DNA of 63,948 bases, the filler included, from Candidatus Woesearchaeota archaeon (lineage in GTDB: Archaea; Nanobdellota; Nanobdellia; Woesearchaeales; CG1-02-33-12), in NCBI GenBank assembly GCA_018399355.1. It is 5 parts of 5 records of this genome, joined end to end, with 100 filler letters (N's around TTAATTAATTAA, not from the genome) between each part and the next. Parts side by side here need not be neighbours in the genome. Positions count along the whole stretch, not along the records: positions 47,651 to 62,171 come from JAGYOA010000022.1; positions 62,272 to 63,948 come from JAGYOA010000081.1; 3 more parts are not named here. One strand, given 5' to 3'. The position numbers and the translations under genes are program-made. The first letter of the stretch is position 1; every line of letters begins with the position of its first letter. Positions 59,254 through 63,948 of the stretch are shown piece after piece. A model generated the notes under the pieces. It saw only the letters and a program-made list of their open reading frames with translations, did no database searches and was not told the origin of the DNA.

Positions 59254-59466
59254 TTATACTTTATTGTTATACATAATTTTTTCAATTCCATCATGTTCTT
59301 TTATCTCATAGGGAAGTTTTTCATCAATGGTTTGGTAATAAGCAGGCCTCACATACTCTGTTTTTTTCATTTCTGCTTCTATATTGTTATTTTCAAATCC
59401 GCCACCCATGTAATAACCAAGGGTAAAACATGTGAAACCGAATAAAACTGTTCTAATCAGGCCCAT
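59254..59466 (-). CDS. Small single-TM protein
   Basis: MGLIRTVLFGFTCFTLGYYMG; SD GGAGGT. Confidence 0.6.
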   Translation of the reverse strand: MGLIRTVLFGFTCFTLGYYMGGGFENNNIEAEMKKTEYVRPAYYQTIDEKLPYEIKEHDGIEKIMYNNKV

Positions 59467-59974
59467 TTTCATTACCTCCATCAGTAAAATAACCTTTTAC
59501 CTTTTTCTCTAAATTTTTGTAAAAGCTATCCACCTTTGGCTTTTGCTCATCAAGAAATTCAAGAAAGTTTTGATATTTGTTTTTTAGTTCGTCTTTTATT
59601 AAAGGCTCTATTATTCTTATCTTTCTTTCATTGGGCATCTCATTTACTCTTTTTTCAATGGTTTCATCATCCATCATGTTTATTATGTCTTTGTCATAAC
59701 CATTTTCAATTCCAATTTTGCTGATATCTTTTATGTAATTTCCATGCTCTTCTGGATTAATGTTTATTATCTCATTTGTATATTTCAAAAGCTCATCTAT
59801 ATTATTCCCTGCTTCTCCATATATAGGACATTTTTTTTCTTGGGTCACATAAACCACCTTTTCTTGCACTATTGGCTTTAATTCACTTTTATTTGTACAT
59901 CCTGCAGCAAAATAGCTTGTTAAGCTAAGAGTTCCAATTAATAACATGGTGGAAATCTTTCTTTTAAGGCTCAT
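59453..59974 (-). CDS. Putative lipoprotein
   Basis: MSLKRK, hydrophobic stretch, lipobox AAGC. Confidence 0.6.
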   Translation of the reverse strand: MSLKRKISTMLLIGTLSLTSYFAAGCTNKSELKPIVQEKVVYVTQEKKCPIYGEAGNNIDELLKYTNEIININPEEHGNYIKDISKIGIENGYDKDIINMMDDETIEKRVNEMPNERKIRIIEPLIKDELKNKYQNFLEFLDEQKPKVDSFYKNLEKKVKGYFTDGGNENGPD

Positions 59975-60115
59975 ATTATTTAGATTATAGCAATGATTTT
60001 TAATAAGGGTTTCCAAGAAAAAAGATGTATTTTTCCGAGATTAATGTTACTTTTTTGATTGAATCGAAAATTATTCATTAGTTTAGAAAGATATAAAAAC
60101 AAACAACAATAATTA

Positions 60116-60409
60116 ATGCATATGAGAGAAATAACAGATGAAAAACTGAACCATTATTTTGATATTACAGGTCAGGCCTTAAAAAAGGCCAAGCAGAACA
60201 TAACAAAAGACTTATCCAAAAAAGATTTTGCTGATGATTTTCTTGATATGGCTCAGCGTTATTACGATGATGCAAACTATTTCAAAGAAAAAGACGACTA
60301 TGTCAACGCCTTTGCAGCATTAAGCTACGCACACGGATGGTTAGATGCAGGCGCAAGAATTAAATTATTTGATGTCAATGATTCAAAGCTATTCACAGTA
60401 GATGATTAA
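60116..60409 (+). CDS. DUF357 protein
   Basis: MAQRYYDDANYF..D.VNAFAALSYAHGWLDAG. Confidence 0.92.
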   Translation: MHMREITDEKLNHYFDITGQALKKAKQNITKDLSKKDFADDFLDMAQRYYDDANYFKEKDDYVNAFAALSYAHGWLDAGARIKLFDVNDSKLFTVDD

Positions 60410-61155
60410 TCAAGAAATAGCTTCTTTTCATATTCTATATTTGCCTGCTTATATGCGTCCATGTGGCCAATGTCAAACCATCTTCCATCAAAAGTAAAAC
60501 CAAAAACAGAATCCTTTTCTGAAAGCCACTTAATAAAAGAGCCAGGATGATCTGGATTGTTTTTATTATCAATATACTCTTTAAGAAGCTCAAGAGAATT
60601 TTCAGGAAAAAGGTAACAGCATGTGCTTACCAGGGTGCTTTTAGGATTCTGAGGCTTTTCTTCAAAATCAATTACTTTTTGATTAACATCAACACAAGCA
60701 ACACCAAACCTTTTTGCATCATCTATACTCTTAATATCATAAAAAGCAACAACCGGCGCTTTTTTCTTTTTGTAATATTCAATAAAACTGTATAAGCTAA
60801 AATCAAAAAGATTGTCTCCTGCAACTATCATCAAATCACTGGTTATATTCTCTTTTTCAATCAAATACTTCAAAGAACCTACAGCCCCCATTTTCTCTTT
60901 TTCATTCAATGTACCTTCTATGATAAGCTTAATCTCTTTTTTTGAATTTAGATTGGAAAGCCAGTTTTGAAAATGCTTTTCAAATCTTTTATTTGTTGAA
61001 ACATAGATTAAATCAATTTCGTCTATCATCTCAAGTTTTTCAATGATATAGTTGATTATAGGCTTTCCAACTATTGGCAAAAGGGGCTTTGGTGTAAATT
61101 CTGTTAATGGGTAAAGCCTCGTTGCAAAACCTCCTGCCAAAACCACTGCTTTCAT
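60406..61155 (-). CDS. Sugar-phosphate nucleotidyltransferase
   Basis: LAGGFATRLYPLT..PKPLLP, GDNLF, FEEKP, WFDIG. Confidence 0.93.
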   Translation of the reverse strand: MKAVVLAGGFATRLYPLTEFTPKPLLPIVGKPIINYIIEKLEMIDEIDLIYVSTNKRFEKHFQNWLSNLNSKKEIKLIIEGTLNEKEKMGAVGSLKYLIEKENITSDLMIVAGDNLFDFSLYSFIEYYKKKKAPVVAFYDIKSIDDAKRFGVACVDVNQKVIDFEEKPQNPKSTLVSTCCYLFPENSLELLKEYIDNKNNPDHPGSFIKWLSEKDSVFGFTFDGRWFDIGHMDAYKQANIEYEKKLFLD

Positions 61156-61177
61156 AATTGATCACCTGTTATTGCTT

Positions 61178-62104
61178 TCATTCTAAAAGATCCTTCATTC
61201 CTGACCTCAAACTAAAACTTGGTTTAAAGTTAAAATCTTTCTCTATTTTTGCTGTTGATGCCTTTGTATGCTTTACATAATTCTTAATCGGATTTTCTAT
61301 ATACTCAAGTTTTGCTTGTTTTCCTGTTAGCTCTTCCAGAATCCTTACCATCTCAATAAGAGTATAGCTTTCAGAAGTTCCAATGTTATAATAAGAGCCT
61401 TTTGCAAACTTTCCATCAACCTTCATTCCAAGTGAGAGAGCAGCAACAATATCCTTTACATAGGTAAAGTCTCTTGTTTGGGTTCCATCTCCGTAAATTA
61501 CAACTGGATTTTCTTCTTGTATATCCCACAAAAACTGAGAAATCAGATTTGCATATTTTCCTTTATGTTTTTCATTTTTTCCGTATACAGAGAAAAACCT
61601 GAAGCCAATGCTCTCTAATCCATACATCTCATAAAACAATCTTGCAGTATGCTCCATCGCATATTTAGTTACTGAATAAAAATTAGGAGGAAACACCTTT
61701 ACTGATTCTTCCTGGATATCAAGTGAGCCGTACATTGATGATGTAGAAGCATAAAGAACTCTCTTTACAGTTGTATTAATGCATGCTCTCAGAAGATTTG
61801 CAAATCCAACAATATTAACTGCATATCCCTCTGCTTCCTTTCCATCAAACATAGGAGCAGAGCTCCATCCTGCAAAATGATAAATATAATCAATTTTGTT
61901 TTCATCAATCAGTTTTTTAATAAACTCAGAATCACAATAATCGTGCTTGTAAAACTTTACTTTATCCTTTATTTTATCAAGATTTGATTCTGTTCCCAAA
62001 AAAAGATTATCAACAACAATAACATTATTATCCTCATTGACTAATTGCTCTGCCAAATTGCTTCCTATAAATCCCGCTCCCCCTAATACCAAAATATTGC
62101 TCAT
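61178..62104 (-). CDS. NAD-dependent epimerase/dehydratase
   Basis: GGAGFIGS, STSSMYG, YSVTK, GDGTQTRDF. Confidence 0.93.
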   Translation of the reverse strand: MSNILVLGGAGFIGSNLAEQLVNEDNNVIVVDNLFLGTESNLDKIKDKVKFYKHDYCDSEFIKKLIDENKIDYIYHFAGWSSAPMFDGKEAEGYAVNIVGFANLLRACINTTVKRVLYASTSSMYGSLDIQEESVKVFPPNFYSVTKYAMEHTARLFYEMYGLESIGFRFFSVYGKNEKHKGKYANLISQFLWDIQEENPVVIYGDGTQTRDFTYVKDIVAALSLGMKVDGKFAKGSYYNIGTSESYTLIEMVRILEELTGKQAKLEYIENPIKNYVKHTKASTAKIEKDFNFKPSFSLRSGMKDLLE

Positions 62105-62171
62105 TTTAATGTATACCTCTTTTTATCTGTTTCAATTTTAATTTTTATAGTTTTTAAAACTTATCACTTAC

Positions 62172-62271
62172 NNNNNNNNNNNNNNNNNNNNNNNNNNNNN
62201 NNNNNNNNNNNNNNNTTAATTAATTAANNNNNNNNNNNNNNNNNNNNNNNNNNNNNNNNNNNNNNNNNNNN
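62172..62271. other. Artificial contig linker
   Basis: N-run + TTAATTAATTAA + N-run. Confidence 0.98.
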
Positions 62272-62451
62272 TGCATTTTCAAAGTCTATTATTGTTGTGG
62301 TTGCCAAGGCTCCCTGTATTGTGAAGAGGATTATAATAGAATAAATCAGAAATATACTTATTTTTTTACTTATTTTTAACATTCTTCCTTTTATAAAGCT
62401 CAAGCTAAGTAAGAGAGGGATAAGCAAGACAAGAGTTATAAAAGGAGTCAC
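62272..62451 (-). CDS. Membrane/secreted protein, N-terminal fragment (contig end)
   Basis: SD GGAGG, GTG start, two hydrophobic segments ending ALA. Confidence 0.55.
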
Positions 62452-62464
62452 TATGCAACTCCTC

Positions 62465-62716
62465 CTATTCTCTTGCCCTGTATATACTCATACTTACAAA
62501 CAAAGATATCATCACTGCCAAAGCCATCATTACTGGCGTTGAATTAAGTATCAATGCAACCATGCTTCCCTCACTCATGTTTGTTGTTGCATTAACTCCC
62601 ACTTCAATAAATGCCTGTAATGGTCTTAATAGGATGGTGAACACTGCCATCATCATAAAAAAGGTAAGCAGCGACAATATAGTCATCTGTCCTTTCTTTG
62701 TCTTTATCTCTTTCAT
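62465..62716 (-). CDS. Small two-helix hydrophobic protein with KKGQ class III-like signal (putative virion/pilin protein)
   Basis: KKGQ, two hydrophobic helices, NAT/NMS sequons in loop. Confidence 0.6.
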   Translation of the reverse strand: MKEIKTKKGQMTILSLLTFFMMMAVFTILLRPLQAFIEVGVNATTNMSEGSMVALILNSTPVMMALAVMISLFVSMSIYRARE

Positions 62717-63135
62717 TGTCTCCCCTTCAATGCGACATATCCTGCCAAAAATACAAAGAGTGCTATCGCAAACATTATTGGTAAGTAATTCAATATAGTT
62801 CTACTCATAGACCCTTCTATATATCCATCAGGATAGTAAGTGTAATCTGCGTAGTAAGTCCCGTTGCTCTGGTTTAATAGTTTTATAGAACCGCTTGTCA
62901 GGTTAACATCATAGTCCGTCGAAGAGTTTAACTCTGTTCCAGTTCCATTTCTCACAGCTGAACTTGAAGCCCAGTCATCATAAGTCAATGCTACATAAGT
63001 GTTATTGACCCCTGAAAAACTCTCGTTTGTTACAGTGGTTGTTGTTGTTGAATCCTGCACAGAGCTCCATACTACCCCTATTAATATTATTCCTATCAAG
63101 GGAACTAACATTGCAGTTAATAATTTTTCATCCAT
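62713..63135 (-). CDS. Two-helix hydrophobic protein with glycosylated insert (putative spindle-virus capsid-like)
   Basis: N- and C-terminal hydrophobic helices, seven N-x-S/T sequons, ILNYLP in second helix. Confidence 0.55.
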   Translation of the reverse strand: MDEKLLTAMLVPLIGIILIGVVWSSVQDSTTTTTVTNESFSGVNNTYVALTYDDWASSSAVRNGTGTELNSSTDYDVNLTSGSIKLLNQSNGTYYADYTYYPDGYIEGSMSRTILNYLPIMFAIALFVFLAGYVALKGRQ

Positions 63136-63145
63136 TTTCTACTTT

Positions 63146-63340
63146 TCACCTCCATAAGTTTGAATATTCTGAAAAGCCGAATGATTTCTGCTTCTTGAAT
63201 CTTCTTGTACATTTTTTCCTTGTCCTGAATATCTTTATGTTATGTTTTCTTGCATACTCCTCTGCCTTTATTATTGCATCACTGCCATATCTCTTGTTGA
63301 ATCTTCTTACAATCCTTCTAAATTCCTCTGTCTGTGCCAT
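63146..63340 (-). CDS. Small highly basic protein (putative DNA-binding)
   Basis: 64 aa, Arg/Lys-rich. Confidence 0.6.
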   Translation of the reverse strand: MAQTEEFRRIVRRFNKRYGSDAIIKAEEYARKHNIKIFRTRKKCTRRFKKQKSFGFSEYSNLWR

Positions 63341-63343
63341 AGT

Positions 63344-63799
63344 TCAGAACCACCCTCCAAATTCTGGCTCTTTCTTTTTTCCTTTTCTTTTCTTTGAGCC
63401 AGAGCCTAAGAAGTCAACACCAAAATCATCTCCTCCAAGTAAATTGCTTCCTCCCCCGCCTAAGAAGTCAACACCTATTCCCTGTGGTTCTTTTTGTGGG
63501 CTTGATTTCCTCTTTGGCTTTTGGGATTCTGTTTCTGAAAGTTTTTTGATACCCGAACTGGCAGCCTTTCCTGCTCCCTCTGCTGCTTTGTTTATTCCTG
63601 TCTTTAATTTCTCTGAAAAGGATGGAGCCCTTGCCTTTTCTCTTGCCTTATTTCTCATAAGTTCCATTCTTTCAGTTCTTCTTTCTTCGTCTCTTTTTTC
63701 TTTCTGTTTTTTGTATTCTTCCTTGTATATCTTTCTCAGTTCTGCCTGTTGCTCCTTTCTCTCTTTCAGCTTGGCTTTTGTTTTGTCAAAAAATTTCAT
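63344..63799 (-). CDS. Basic low-complexity protein with GVDFLG repeats
   Basis: SD GAGGTGA; 18-bp repeat at 63404-63421 and 63458-63475. Confidence 0.65.
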   Translation of the reverse strand: MKFFDKTKAKLKERKEQQAELRKIYKEEYKKQKEKRDEERRTERMELMRNKAREKARAPSFSEKLKTGINKAAEGAGKAASSGIKKLSETESQKPKRKSSPQKEPQGIGVDFLGGGGSNLLGGDDFGVDFLGSGSKKRKGKKKEPEFGGWF

Positions 63800-63814
63800 A
63801 TTAATTCACCTCAA

Positions 63815-63948
63815 TCAAAATCTTATTTTCCCAAGCCTCTCCATTTCCACTGTTGGGAATATTGAGGCCCCAGTTAATATTCTTCTCTTGTACTTCTTCT
63901 TCTCCTTCTTTGTCCTTGCGGGATGTGTTGCAGAGCCGAAAGCAAGCT
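63815..63948 (-). CDS. 3' end of a basic protein (cut by window edge)
   Basis: Own translation LAFGSATHPARTKKEKKKYKRRILTGASIFPTVEMERLGKIRF*. Confidence 0.45.
   Translation of the reverse strand, partial: LAFGSATHPARTKKEKKKYKRRILTGASIFPTVEMERLGKIRF

Noticed and set aside
1..63948. tRNA genes, IS elements, integrase, replication origin
   Set aside because: No cloverleaf, transposase, recombinase, cdc6 or ORB repeats recognised by eye
60406..63948. Link between sugar-nucleotide genes and the virus-like module
   Set aside because: Separated by a contig linker, so adjacency is not evidence

Overview
AT-rich archaeal sequence, most consistent with a DPANN (Woesearchaeota-like) MAG. This assignment is inferred from archaeal informational genes, an unlinked 23S rRNA, E/K-rich protein tails and many bacterial-type metabolic genes. 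The window is five contigs joined by artificial N-TTAATTAATTAA-N linkers (16384-16483, 32852-32951, 47551-47650, 62172-62271), so synteny must not be read across them. Most content is housekeeping: 23S rRNA 3' end, kae1, rpl1-rpl10-rpl12, rpoE1-spt4-rps24e-rps27ae, sufCB, taw1, ftsY, eno-gpmI, gins-rpl44e-rps27e-aIF2a-nop10-PAC2, dut, tmk, rps7, grpE-dnaK-dnaJ, rpoL, uppS. Six observations stand out. (1) FtsY carries an in-frame, ribosomal protein uL29-like helix upstream of its charged linker. (2) A bacterial-type MEP isoprenoid cluster has ispG and ispE joined by a deletion at a shared NIPL motif and further frameshifted, while ispH is intact. (3) The terminal contig has small two-helix hydrophobic proteins and basic proteins resembling a spindle-shaped virus structural module. 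(4) A six-gene ORFan operon encodes membrane-anchored LysM-like proteins, one with HTH-TM-LysM architecture. (5) A canonical k-turn sits in the rpl1 leader. (6) Two tandem HIT proteins both lack the catalytic histidine. All family calls are by motif recognition, without database searches.
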